Part shown: piece by piece, positions 1-9,346 of the stretch
Position numbering within the stretch: position 1 is the first letter of the stretch
Layout of the letters: each line of letters starts with the position of its first letter
Assembly: GCA_038227875.1 (NCBI GenBank)
Contig: JBBRPR010000001.1
Span: forward strand, 224,001-288,000
Source of the DNA: Planctomycetota bacterium
GTDB lineage: Bacteria; Planctomycetota; SZUA-567; H5-PLA8
Reading direction: 5' to 3'
DNA length: 64,000 bases
Made by a program: the position numbers and the translations under genes
The notes under the pieces: model-generated
Seen by the model: the letters and a program-made list of their open reading frames with translations, nothing else
Told to the model about the DNA's origin: nothing
Databases searched by the model: none

Positions 1-1710
1 GACCTGATGCAGCGTGCGCTTGGAGTGGAACTCGCGCCAGTAGCTGAACGTCGGGATGAAATTCTCGTCAGCGAGAAACGGCGCGAGGATGGCCATGTCA
101 GCGACTTCAAGTTTCATGTTCGTCAGCTCATTGTATGGATTGATTACCGCCGTTCCCTGGCCGACCATGCCTTGACCGCGGCTGAAGGGTTGCGCGGTCT
201 GCGGGTCTGCATAGTTCACATCGCCGGGCTGGCCCATCTGGATGCAGTTGAGCAACCGCATGTGTTCGGCGAGGAACTTGATCTGTTCGTCGCGCTTGAG
301 CGTCTTCTTCAGCTCTTCCCACTTCGCCGGTTCTGGCAGGGCGAACTTTTTGAAATCGTCCTCGCGCTTGGCGAGTTGTGCGGCCAGCAGCTTCGTGCGT
401 TCCTGATAGTTATAGTCGTCGAATACCGGCTTGCTGAGGTGCTTGGCGAGCGCCAGCGTCGCGGGGAAATCGCGCGCGTGCGAGAAAGCGACGAGCATCT
501 TCTGGAAATACTGGTGGCCGAGCAGATCGCGCGTGACCCAGCCGACCCAGCGGTCGTCGGCGGTGGCGTCGATGCGCGGAAAGAGCAGCGCGGCCGCGCT
601 GGCCTTGTCGCCGTGCGTGAAGCACCACGCGGCGACGAGCGCTTCTGGCACACTGACGAATTTGGGTTCGAATTGCGCCGTCGCCATACCCATGCGCGAG
701 AGCGACGAGAGATCGTTGCTGGCTGCGCGGACCTCCAGCAGCGCCTTGGCTTCCTCGGCCAGCGTGCGCGGCGTGGCAGTCACGCCGGTTTCGGTCTTGC
801 CGGTGGCCGTTGCGTTTTTGGAGAGGAAACGTTCCGTGCCGAAGTAATCGACGACATGGTACGTGCCATCCTTTTCGTCCAGCACATAGCCGCTGAATTC
901 GCCTTCGCCCTTTCCGCCCTTGTTGCCGCTTAGTGCGAAGTGCATCCACTTCGCGTCCTTGGGAATCTCGACGACGACCATGCCGGCGATGTTCTTCAGT
1001 TCCTGTTCGAGCCACGGCGAGAATGCCGCCTCGGGCTTGTAGTCGGGAATTTTAGCGATGCCGAGTTTCGGGGCCGCGTCGCGAGCGGCCTCGCGGACGC
1101 TGGTGCGGAAATGCCCGCAGAGCTTCGTGATTTCAGGCGCGAGTTCTTTCAGGCCGCGCGCGGCGACTTCCTCGATCACACTCTTTGCCACGCTGGCGTT
1201 GGGATGTGGCTGCTGCAAGAGCTTCCTGAAGATTTCGACGCTCTTCGGACCTTTGACACGCTTCAATGCATCCATGCCGGCGGGTTGATTGCGCGGATCT
1301 TTTTCGCTGTCGATCAACCACAGCGCGGCGTCGAGCGCGCCGTCGCCCTGTGCGTCCTTACTGAACGCGGCTGCGAGCTTGGCACGGAAATCACGCGCAT
1401 CGGACGACGTTCCGCCGCCGCCGAAGAACGGCGATCGCTTTACCGGCGAGCGTCCATTGCTTTCGTCAGCATAGAGCTGTTTGAAAAGCGCCGTGATGTA
1501 CGCGCTGGCCGCTTTGCTTTTGGCGGCGTCTGTTGATGCCAGATCCGTTAGTGCGGGTTTGTACGGTGGCTCTTTTTTCGTATCGGCGTAGAAAGCCGTC
1601 AGGTCGTCAAACGCGCGCTTACCCTCCGCGCCCTCCGCCGCTTGTTTGGGCGCATCGGAAGCCACTGCAGAGAGTGTTGCAAGAAGTACAACCACCAAGG
1701 CATTTCGCAT
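1..1710 (-). CDS. Large secreted helical (HEAT-like) hypothetical protein, runs off the left edge
   Basis: Not in the ORF track because no stop lies in the window. Manual translation from ATG 1710 gives MRNALVVVLLATLSAVASDAPKQ..., open to position 1. GAGGAGG RBS upstream, signal-peptide-like N-terminus, HEAT-like 'SVREAARDAAPKLG'. Confidence 0.8.
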   Translation of the reverse strand, partial: MRNALVVVLLATLSAVASDAPKQAAEGAEGKRAFDDLTAFYADTKKEPPYKPALTDLASTDAAKSKAASAYITALFKQLYADESNGRSPVKRSPFFGGGGTSSDARDFRAKLAAAFSKDAQGDGALDAALWLIDSEKDPRNQPAGMDALKRVKGPKSVEIFRKLLQQPHPNASVAKSVIEEVAARGLKELAPEITKLCGHFRTSVREAARDAAPKLGIAKIPDYKPEAAFSPWLEQELKNIAGMVVVEIPKDAKWMHFALSGNKGGKGEGEFSGYVLDEKDGTYHVVDYFGTERFLSKNATATGKTETGVTATPRTLAEEAKALLEVRAASNDLSSLSRMGMATAQFEPKFVSVPEALVAAWCFTHGDKASAAALLFPRIDATADDRWVGWVTRDLLGHQYFQKMLVAFSHARDFPATLALAKHLSKPVFDDYNYQERTKLLAAQLAKREDDFKKFALPEPAKWEELKKTLKRDEQIKFLAEHMRLLNCIQMGQPGDVNYADPQTAQPFSRGQGMVGQGTAVINPYNELTNMKLEVADMAILAPFLADENFIPTFSYWREFHSKRTLHQV

Positions 1711-1823
1711 CTAAAAATATCCTCCTCAGAATACTGCGTCAGGGTTGGAGCCTTCACGCGCGAAAAAGTTTCAGAAATTAAATTCTTCGCCGGTGGTGCA
1801 TAACGACCTTCCGTTCCGTCCAC

Positions 1824-1854
1824 TCATCGTTCATCATTCGTAGTTCAGATTTCA
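1824..1854. repeat. Degenerate heptamer tandem repeat
   Basis: TCATCGT TCATCAT TCGTAGT TCAGATT TCA in the divergent intergenic gap. Confidence 0.6.
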
Positions 1855-1878
1855 AGGGACGTCCGGAGGAAGGAAGAC

Positions 1879-2718
1879 GTGTCGATCGGCCACAACGGCT
1901 ACCCGCTCACCGTGCGGGAAATGTTTTACCGCGAAGCGACCGGCGATTACCACGTGCCCGCGCACACGCAGAGCGGGCCGCAGTGGTATTGCGTTATTCA
2001 TGGGTGCGTGGAGCATCGTATCGACGGGCAGAGCTTTCTGTTGCGTCCGCTGGAATCGCTCATTATTCCCGCCGGCACCGTGCGCGAGCCACAGGCGCGC
2101 GCGAAGTCGGTCGGCTATATCGTCGGCACGTTCGACAACAAGCGTTTGAATCTCAGCGCGATCGAGCGCCGGAAACTGCTTTGTCCTCCTTTGTTGCGAA
2201 GCGAACTCAATGCGCTGGTGGAAGAACTTCGAGCCGGCCCGTCGGACGAACAGCAGGACATGGTCCTGTTGCTGCTCTCGCGATTGCTGATCGGACTGCG
2301 TCGCAGCGCGCCAGCCAAATCCGGGAAGGCAGAGGCGCGGACGATTCAATCGCCGTTGAATTTCAACGGCAACCAGGCGTTGGTGGCCAGGGTCGAAAAC
2401 TACATGCGCGCCAATCTCCAGCATCCGCTCGAACGCGCGGACTTGGCGCAGGTGGCGCATCTGTCGCCGTCGCATCTGGCGCGCGTCTTCCGTGCGACGA
2501 CGGGAAAATCCCCTCTGGAGCGCCTGACGGAAATCCGCATCGCGCAGGCCTGCGCAATGCTCGGGGAAAGTTCATTGCCGATCACGCGTATCGCGCTGGA
2601 AGTCGGCTTCAATTCGTTCAGCCACTTCACATCGCTCTTCAAGAAAAAGATGGGCGCCTCGCCGTCGCAATACCGCAAGACGGGCGGATGTTTCTGGAAA
2701 GTCTACGGAACGAAGTGA
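1879..2718 (+). CDS. AraC-family transcriptional regulator (cupin + HTH)
   Basis: N-terminal cupin (HTQ...GCVEHRIDG); C-terminal 'LAQVAHLSPSHLARVFR' and 'IALEVGFNSFSHFTSLFKKKMGASPSQYR'. Confidence 0.92.
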   Translation: MSIGHNGYPLTVREMFYREATGDYHVPAHTQSGPQWYCVIHGCVEHRIDGQSFLLRPLESLIIPAGTVREPQARAKSVGYIVGTFDNKRLNLSAIERRKLLCPPLLRSELNALVEELRAGPSDEQQDMVLLLLSRLLIGLRRSAPAKSGKAEARTIQSPLNFNGNQALVARVENYMRANLQHPLERADLAQVAHLSPSHLARVFRATTGKSPLERLTEIRIAQACAMLGESSLPITRIALEVGFNSFSHFTSLFKKKMGASPSQYRKTGGCFWKVYGTK

Positions 2719-2730
2719 CGCTCTTTCGCG

Positions 2731-5529
2731 TCACCGGAACCACAGCATTGGCAAATAGCGGTAGTACGTCTCCAGCGTCAGCGTGCACATCGACGTCGAG
2801 TAAATCAGTCCGCCGACATCGCCATCGAAGCCGATCGCCGGATATGCACCGGAGTTGGGTTCGGGAAATTTGTACTGGGCGCTCACGAGCGACGTTTTGA
2901 CGGCATTGTTCCACATCGTCCAGTCTTCGCCACCCATCTGATGCATAAAGAGAGTGCCGTAATAATAGTAGTAGATGGGCACGGCGTACTTGGCGTTGGC
3001 GGCGGCTTTGTGCCACTGCAACTGCGGAAGATTTTTCTTCAGGTGGTTGGCGGCGCCGATACAGAACGGATGCGAGCGCGCGAAGCCCATGAAAATCATG
3101 TTCGCGCCGGTGATCGCCGTGCCGCTGGTACTCAAGCGCGGGTCAATCTGCATGTACTGGCCGGTGGCGTCCTCAGTGTATTCCGAGCCAATGGATTTTT
3201 CGTAATCGTCAGAGACATCTTTCGGCGCTTCGACGAATTTCGGCATGCGGCTGATCGTTTTAAAAAACGCGAGCGTGCTCGGGCGGTAGCGCGGATCGAC
3301 ATCAAGGCCCGCCATCAGCCCCGACTTGATCGCGTTGATCATCCAGCCGACCACAGATGTGTCGGAGTACAACCGCGGCACGTAGCGCCAGCCGTCCCCG
3401 GGGCTCTGGCTGGAGAAAATCTTATCGAGTCCATGTTGCGCTGCGGTTTTCAGCGAATCGGACTTGGTCATCGCGTACGCTTCCGACAGCGCGAGCGTGC
3501 AGATGCCCTGCTCGTAATTAAAATAGTTCGCGCCGCCTTTGGCCACGTCGGTGACTTCTTCGTAGGAGCCATCGTCGAGCTGATGTGCGACGCACCAGTC
3601 GAGCGCGCGGATCACGGTTTCGCGGTAGATCGACTTTTCGTTCAGCGGCGTGTGATTGCTGGCGAGGAAGGCGAGAATCGAAAGTCCCGTGAGGCTGATA
3701 TCCACGTTCTGCCGGCCGAACTTCAGCGCGACCTGGTCGGTCTTCTTGCCGAAGCTCAGATCGGTGAAGTACGTGCCGTTCCACTTGCCGTCGGGGTCCT
3801 GATGTTCGGCCAGCCAGCGCAAACCCGCGGCGACGGCGGCTTCGGTGTCCTCGTCGCCTTTGAAGCGCGTGACGGCGGCGGGAATCTCCTTGCGCAGTTC
3901 CATGATGTCCAGGCTCTGCACTGCTTCGTACGCGCCATCGACCATGGGCTTGGTGGTCTTGGGTCCGTCTTTCTTGATCTCTTTGAATTTCTGCTCGATG
4001 AAGGCGAAGTTGTTCGTCGCCTTCCACCACTGCAGCCACGGCGCGGGATCGTTACCGAAATCGTGACCGGTCATCTCTGCCAGCGCGTCGCGTACGGCTT
4101 GCCGTGAAGGTTCGTCTGGAGCTTTAGCGAGGAAGTCGAAGAGCACTTCCACGGCGGCGCGATCGGTCATGCAACTGAGCAGGTCCGTCGCGCGCTGAAA
4201 CGGCACGGGACCTTTGTCGCGCAGCGCGGCGCAGGCGGTGCGGAACTTTTCGTCGGTCTCCGGCGCAGGATCGCGGAGCGCGTCGTATGCCGCGTAAATG
4301 GCAACGACATCGTCGGAAGCCTGAAACGCGACGCGCAGAATCAAATCGCGCGCCGGTGGCGTGCCCAACGCGGCGAGACCGTAAATCGCGGAGATGGTGG
4401 CTTCGCGGCGTTCTTTTTTGCGTGCGTCATTGAGCTTGTTGCCGAGGATCTCCTGCACGCGCAGTCCCAGCGTGCGGAGCGCGGCGTCTTTCGTGGCGTC
4501 GTCGGCCAGCGCAGCGCAGGCTCCGGCGGCGCGGCACCAGGCATCGTTGACGCGAAAATCCTTGTGGCTGAAAAAATCCGGACAGTCGAGCAGCAGTTTC
4601 GCGGCGTCGGGAGTCGGGTTCTTGTAAAAGTAATTTCCCATCGCCTCGAGCACATCGGGGAATGTCACACCCTTGGCCGTTTTCAGTAGCTCCAGCCACT
4701 GCTCCTTCGTCGCGAGTTTCTGCAGCATCAGCAGCGCGGCGCGGCGCGGGTAGGCATTGGGGTTTTTGAGCAGCGCGTGAGTTTCGGCTTTGGGCAACGT
4801 CTTGGTGAGCTGCGTGACCGACCACGCGCCCATCACCGATTCGACTCCATTAAAAGAGAGCTGGCTGATAATCCATGGCACGTCAGTTTCGGCGCTGCAG
4901 TTGGCCAGCAGGCGCAGACACGTGCCTTTTTCGCCGTCGATCTTTGTGGTGGTACAGAGGTTCTGGAGGAACTTGACCGTCTGCGGTGACTTTAAATTTG
5001 AGAGTGCAACGAGCGCTTCCAGTTTTACGGCGCGGTTCTGCGCGGTTGCGTACGCCTGTTCGAGAATCGGAATGTACCGCGCGTCCTGCGCCGCGCCGAT
5101 GATGAGGCACGCGTTACGCTGCTCCCACCAATTCGGCCGCGAGACCATGGTTGAGAGCTGCTGGCCGAGTTCATCCGGCGCAAACTGGCGCACGAGCAGC
5201 ACGCCAAGATTAAGCGCCGGCAGCGGACTCTGGAATTCCACGACGCGTTTGAGAACCTTGGGGAGTTCCGCGGGCTTCAAGGTCGGGATCAGAGCGCGTC
5301 CGGCGATGATCATTACTTCGGGATCGGCATCGGTATAGAACGCGTTGATGAGTACAGCTTCAGTGTTCGCAGGTTTGTCTTTGAGCAGCGTGCCCAATTG
5401 CGTGAGCCGGTCTTTTGGCGTCTTGCCAGACAGGCCTTCCAGCGCCTGCGCATTGAGCATCCCGCCGGTGATTGCCCCGAACAGCAGCAACCCACCTATA
5501 GATCGACCGCACAGTGTACGACACGTCAT
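2731..5529 (-). CDS. Secreted HEAT-repeat protein with C-terminal prenyltransferase/squalene-cyclase-like repeat barrel
   Basis: Signal-like N-terminus from ATG 5529 (ORF extends to 5559). HEAT repeats, then QW-like motifs 'GLRWLAEHQDPDGKW', 'HQLDDGSY', 'SQSPGDGWRY', plus 'SDTSVVGW' and 'YYYYYGT'. Confidence 0.85.
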   Translation of the reverse strand: MTCRTLCGRSIGGLLLFGAITGGMLNAQALEGLSGKTPKDRLTQLGTLLKDKPANTEAVLINAFYTDADPEVMIIAGRALIPTLKPAELPKVLKRVVEFQSPLPALNLGVLLVRQFAPDELGQQLSTMVSRPNWWEQRNACLIIGAAQDARYIPILEQAYATAQNRAVKLEALVALSNLKSPQTVKFLQNLCTTTKIDGEKGTCLRLLANCSAETDVPWIISQLSFNGVESVMGAWSVTQLTKTLPKAETHALLKNPNAYPRRAALLMLQKLATKEQWLELLKTAKGVTFPDVLEAMGNYFYKNPTPDAAKLLLDCPDFFSHKDFRVNDAWCRAAGACAALADDATKDAALRTLGLRVQEILGNKLNDARKKERREATISAIYGLAALGTPPARDLILRVAFQASDDVVAIYAAYDALRDPAPETDEKFRTACAALRDKGPVPFQRATDLLSCMTDRAAVEVLFDFLAKAPDEPSRQAVRDALAEMTGHDFGNDPAPWLQWWKATNNFAFIEQKFKEIKKDGPKTTKPMVDGAYEAVQSLDIMELRKEIPAAVTRFKGDEDTEAAVAAGLRWLAEHQDPDGKWNGTYFTDLSFGKKTDQVALKFGRQNVDISLTGLSILAFLASNHTPLNEKSIYRETVIRALDWCVAHQLDDGSYEEVTDVAKGGANYFNYEQGICTLALSEAYAMTKSDSLKTAAQHGLDKIFSSQSPGDGWRYVPRLYSDTSVVGWMINAIKSGLMAGLDVDPRYRPSTLAFFKTISRMPKFVEAPKDVSDDYEKSIGSEYTEDATGQYMQIDPRLSTSGTAITGANMIFMGFARSHPFCIGAANHLKKNLPQLQWHKAAANAKYAVPIYYYYYGTLFMHQMGGEDWTMWNNAVKTSLVSAQYKFPEPNSGAYPAIGFDGDVGGLIYSTSMCTLTLETYYRYLPMLWFR

Positions 5530-5742
5530 TTCAAGACCCCTCAACGGACTAGATATCATAGTGTCGAAAAGACGATTCGGCTCGCGTCTTTACTGCTATC
5601 CCCACTTTAAGACACCGCAATTGCCGATTTGTCACCCGCATTTCCGGTTACATTTGACGGCTGTAGTCGGTTACAGGGTATGGATTTCGATTGCTTACTG
5701 CACTACACTTTGATTAACAAGGTGCGGAGAGGAAAAGCGCGT

Positions 5743-6804
5743 ATGCAAAACCACTGGCCGGTGATTGTCGCTGCAGTCCTGATTTCAGCGGCCGTCGCGT
5801 TGGGACTGTTCCGACGAGATCAGATTATTGATGCGGCATCGCGTCGCAACCCCGTACCCGCGCCGGTCACGGCTGTTTCGCCGGTGGCGGTCACGCCGGC
5901 TGCGGCTCGGAAAGTGGACGCCGAAGCGCCCGATACGAAAGTCGCAGTTGCTCCCGAAGCCCCCGCTGCCCCAGTGGTTGCCGCTCCGGCGCCTGCTGCG
6001 CCAGCGGCGCCTGTTGCGCCGGCGGCACAACCAGCTGCCGTGCCTGCTCAGCCCGCTCCGCCGAAACCGCCGGCTCAAAAGTTCGTTATGCCGACCACTC
6101 CACCCCCGGCCGCTCCGCCTCAGCCGAAAGCTCCGGCCGTGCCCGCTCCTCCCGCTGCCCCCGCTGCCCCGGCTGCTCCGGCCGCCGCGCCTGTTCCCGT
6201 TTCCAACGGCGCTCAAACGCTTTTCAATCTGCGCGGCAAAATCGAAGAAGCAGTCCAGCGCAAGTCGTCGGACCTGGCGACCGGCGGTTACGCGTTCCAG
6301 CTCGACGGCGCGCGGCTGGAAGTTCAGCCGATGCCCAACTGGAGTGTGACGATCTACAATCTGAATCCGCAGCAGCAGGAAATCGAGACCGACAACTTCA
6401 AGAAGTTGTTGGGTGTTACCGCGACCGAACTGGGTTTCGACGCCGCGCAGAAAGGCACGACGCTCTCCAGCGGCAAACTCTCGCTGCAGGCCGCCACGAA
6501 GCTCGGCAACGCCACGATCGTGCGCGATCCGCAGAACGGAAATTCCGTGGTCATCACGCCCAACCAGCGCCGTATCGTTCAGCCTGCGAAGCCTGCCGAT
6601 GCCACGCCGGCACCCGCCGCGCAGCCTGCACCGGCGACTCCTGCCGCGCCCGCCGCCGGAAGTGCTGGTGGCGATCACGTCGGACCTCAAGCGGCGCAGC
6701 CGACTGTTCCTACTCCAGCTCCTCTGCCAGCGTCCAAGGCTGATGGCGCGCCGAAAACAGAAGGCAACACGGCTCCAGCGAATGCGCCAGGCAAGCAGTT
6801 TTGA
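5743..6804 (+). CDS. Pro/Ala-rich membrane-anchored hypothetical protein
   Basis: ATG 5743 after GGAGAGG; N-terminal TM helix; small globular core flanked by PA-rich linkers. Confidence 0.75.
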   Translation: MQNHWPVIVAAVLISAAVALGLFRRDQIIDAASRRNPVPAPVTAVSPVAVTPAAARKVDAEAPDTKVAVAPEAPAAPVVAAPAPAAPAAPVAPAAQPAAVPAQPAPPKPPAQKFVMPTTPPPAAPPQPKAPAVPAPPAAPAAPAAPAAAPVPVSNGAQTLFNLRGKIEEAVQRKSSDLATGGYAFQLDGARLEVQPMPNWSVTIYNLNPQQQEIETDNFKKLLGVTATELGFDAAQKGTTLSSGKLSLQAATKLGNATIVRDPQNGNSVVITPNQRRIVQPAKPADATPAPAAQPAPATPAAPAAGSAGGDHVGPQAAQPTVPTPAPLPASKADGAPKTEGNTAPANAPGKQF

Positions 6805-6813
6805 TTTCCGTCA

Positions 6814-6990
6814 GCCACGGAGTGGCGGCATAAGTAGCCCACGGCGCATGCCGTGGGAACGCGCGCCAAAAAAAGCAAAGCCCCGGTAGGGGCGACATAC
6901 CTATGCCGCCCCTACCGGGGCTCTGAAATATTTACAAGACGCTAACCCATGGCTTTCGCCATGGGCTACTCTATGCCGCCACTCCGTGGC
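6814..6990. repeat. Nested palindromic REP/BIME-like element (177 bp)
   Basis: 19-bp perfect terminal inverted repeat GCCACGGAGTGGCGGCATA (6814-6832 / 6972-6990), central 21-bp stem (6879-6922) and two internal hairpins. Confidence 0.85.
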
Positions 6991-7006
6991 GTTACGGCAA
7001 CAAAAC

Positions 7007-7207
7007 TTACGGCCGCATCATCGCCCGCTCATCCAGCGCCGAGCGCGTGGCGGAAGTGGAGCCCGATTGCATCAACACGAATTTTTCGCCGCAGGAACAG
7101 AGCATCTTATCGGTCTCTTGCAACCCGGACGCGTGCGCGCCGGTCAGCACCATCATCTGCAACCGGCAGTGCGGGCATTCGAATACATCGCCGCGTCGGG
7201 GCATCAT
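7007..7207 (-). CDS. Small Cys-rich metal-binding protein (desulforedoxin/Zn-ribbon-like), 66 aa
   Basis: AAGGAG RBS before ATG 7207; 'GDVFECPHC...MLCSCGEKF'. Confidence 0.65.
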   Translation of the reverse strand: MMPRRGDVFECPHCRLQMMVLTGAHASGLQETDKMLCSCGEKFVLMQSGSTSATRSALDERAMMRP

Positions 7208-7248
7208 CGTCGGACTCCTTGGTTGAGGGGCGAATAACGAGCGTGGGA

Positions 7249-7368
7249 TTATTTCATCCAGAAGACACGGTACGCGCCCAGCGCCGCAATACCGACGAGA
7301 ATCGCGATAATCGCAATTTTGTAAATGATCCAGCCGGTTCCGTCGTTCTGCAATTTGTGTTGTGACAT
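7249..7368 (-). CDS. Small single-TM protein, 39 aa
   Basis: AAGGAG RBS; MSQHKLQNDGTGWIIYKIAIIAILVGIAALGAYRVFWMK. Confidence 0.6.
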   Translation of the reverse strand: MSQHKLQNDGTGWIIYKIAIIAILVGIAALGAYRVFWMK

Positions 7369-7545
7369 GTGTGACTCCTTGATGTCCAGACACTCTTCGC
7401 ACACGTAACAGGCCAGTGGTGTTAATTTCAATTTGAGTTGCAACCACCACGAGTGTTGGACGTTGCGTTGAGCGCGGGCTGGGCTGCCACTGTGACACAG
7501 TTGTGAGAATCGGGCAGCAGCTCGCGGAAATCGATTTTAAACTCA

Positions 7546-7560
7546 TGGCAGCGTTCTTGC
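7546..7560 (+). promoter_or_regulatory. Putative sigma-54 (-24/-12) promoter
   Basis: TGGCAGCGTTCTTGC: GG-N10-GC with TTGC, upstream of the REC gene and near a bEBP gene. Confidence 0.5.
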
Positions 7561-7733
7561 GCCGGTTCCCGGCGTCGGCTTTAGCGCAATCAGCGACCAC
7601 TGGGATGCGCGCCTTCATTGGTGCATTTTCATCCAAAGAGAATTCGGAATCAGTCAGCAATCCCGGCGGCGACAGCTCGCGCCGGAAACAACCGGGTGAT
7701 TTCGCCGCAATGCGATGCAGTGGGGGGGACGGG

Positions 7734-8108
7734 ATGGCGCGGCTTTTAATTATCGAAGACGATCGGAATCAATGCGCTCTATACACCGAAGAATTGTCTG
7801 ACGATGGCCACGACGTTGTTTGCGCTTCGCAGGGCGCCGAGGCCCTGCTGGTGGTCAAAACGCAGCCGCCGGATCTGGTGATCTCCGATATTCTCCTGCC
7901 CGGCATGACGGGGATCGAAATCATGGAGCAACTGCTGACGGTTGCGCCGAATCTCCCCGTCATTATTCATTCCGCGTACAGTTCGCCACGGCTGGACTAC
8001 ATGGCGGGCCTGGCCTACGCCTACGTCTTAAAATCCGGTGACCTCGAGGAGCTCAAGTACCACATTCGTACGGCGCTGATGCAGGGGAGGTCGCGGCCAG
8101 TTGACTGA
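7734..8108 (+). CDS. Single-domain response regulator (REC)
   Basis: 'LLIIEDD...DLVISDILLPGMTG...IHSAY...YVLKS'. Confidence 0.9.
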   Translation: MARLLIIEDDRNQCALYTEELSDDGHDVVCASQGAEALLVVKTQPPDLVISDILLPGMTGIEIMEQLLTVAPNLPVIIHSAYSSPRLDYMAGLAYAYVLKSGDLEELKYHIRTALMQGRSRPVD

Positions 8109-8172
8109 AAATCATGCAATCCGCGTCTTTTCCGGCCATTGGCTCGCTTTGTGTGCACAAGTAACGTGATAT

Positions 8173-8187
8173 TGGCAGTTCTCTTGA
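8173..8187 (+). promoter_or_regulatory. Possible variant sigma-54 promoter
   Basis: TGGCAGTTCTCTTGA (GA rather than GC at -12), about 60 bp before ATG 8247. Confidence 0.3.
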
Positions 8188-8246
8188 AATAGCCGGCGTG
8201 TGACGGCTTATCTAAATCGGGTGAACGTCTGGGCAGAGTATACGCA

Positions 8247-9275
8247 ATGAAATCGATCAACGGTACGAACGGAGCGCCATCGCTTCCGGGTGAAAACCAT
8301 GACGGCGCCAATCCCGCCAAGGCGACGCTGGTCAATGCGGCCGAAGGCGCAGCGTGCCTGCGGACGCTGATTGCGTTTGCCAAATCCGGAGGGCCGCTCT
8401 CGCCGGCGGAACTCGATGTGCTCCAGGAAGCGTGGGACAAGCTCGACCTCCCGGCCACCATGACCTTCCAAAGCCTGATGGCCGAGGATCTGGATCTGAC
8501 GCAACAATTGGCCCTGATCGCAACGGAAGAAGGGCGTGAACGGACGTACGCCGCGACGTTTCTGTTTGCGCATTCCGGCGGGCCGTGTTCCCCCAAGCAG
8601 CAGAAATTGTTGAATGAGATCCGCACCACCTTGCAGATCTCGGTCACGATGGAAACGCCACTGAGCCGGATCTACTCGCAAGTCCGCGAACGGGTCTTCC
8701 CTGCGTTCAGCCGCTTCATCGACGACCCGGCCGAACGGGCGCGTAAGATTGACGAGGAAATTCTCAAATTCGCGATGAGCAACGGGGTCACCGGGGCGTT
8801 CCCGATCCGTGCTCGCGCCGTAGCCACGGGCGTGATGATCTACACCACTCAGGTTGTCATGGTCAGCGACATCGGCAAATACTGGGGCTACACCGTCGAC
8901 CAGCAGGGCGCCCAGACCTTGATGGCCGGCATCCAGGGCAACACGGGCATGCGCATCGCCATTCAAAGTCTGCTGCGCGACGGCGCGATTCTGGAGAGCA
9001 CCCACGACTGCAACCCCGCGTTTTACTCGACGTGGGCGCTGGGCTTCGTGGCGAACAAGCATTTCGAAAGCGCACGCCGGCTGGAAAACGAGGGCCTTCG
9101 TACGCTCTACGTCACCGCGATGAAGGAAGCGGAAGTCGCGTGCGAAAAGTGCCACGTCGAAATGGCCGCCGCGATCCTGTCCCGCTCCATCACGCTCGAT
9201 TTGCTTCACGAGGAATTCACCGCGGGCAACATCAACGCCGAAGAATACGACCGAAAGATAATGGGATTGCCTTAG
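8247..9275 (+). CDS. TerB-like / DUF697-like fusion protein
   Basis: N-terminal 'LIAFAKSGGPLSPAELDVL' (TerB/DUF533-like); C-terminal 'ILKFAMSNGVTGAFPI...QVVMVSDIGKYWG...TWALG' (DUF697-like). Confidence 0.6.
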   Translation: MKSINGTNGAPSLPGENHDGANPAKATLVNAAEGAACLRTLIAFAKSGGPLSPAELDVLQEAWDKLDLPATMTFQSLMAEDLDLTQQLALIATEEGRERTYAATFLFAHSGGPCSPKQQKLLNEIRTTLQISVTMETPLSRIYSQVRERVFPAFSRFIDDPAERARKIDEEILKFAMSNGVTGAFPIRARAVATGVMIYTTQVVMVSDIGKYWGYTVDQQGAQTLMAGIQGNTGMRIAIQSLLRDGAILESTHDCNPAFYSTWALGFVANKHFESARRLENEGLRTLYVTAMKEAEVACEKCHVEMAAAILSRSITLDLLHEEFTAGNINAEEYDRKIMGLP

Positions 9276-9346
9276 TTTCCGGCTTGTTCGTGCAGTACCA
9301 ACTGTTACGCTAATCGCGTAGCGTCGTATCTCCCTTGGATGATTCC

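Noticed and set aside
7..1536. Plus-strand ORFs 7-933 and 940-1536
   Set aside because: Antisense shadows of the minus-strand gene starting at 1710, which has an RBS and a signal peptide.
1858..1880. GTCCGGAGGAAGGAAG resembling the SRP RNA loop
   Set aside because: The SRP stem context is missing; better explained as the RBS of the AraC gene.
5860..6200. GC-rich quasi-repeats in Pro/Ala linkers (also in cheA and 26190-27425)
   Set aside because: Explained by low-complexity coding sequence.
6814..6990. Possible CRISPR array
   Set aside because: Repeats are inverted and nested with no unique spacers, and there are no cas genes.
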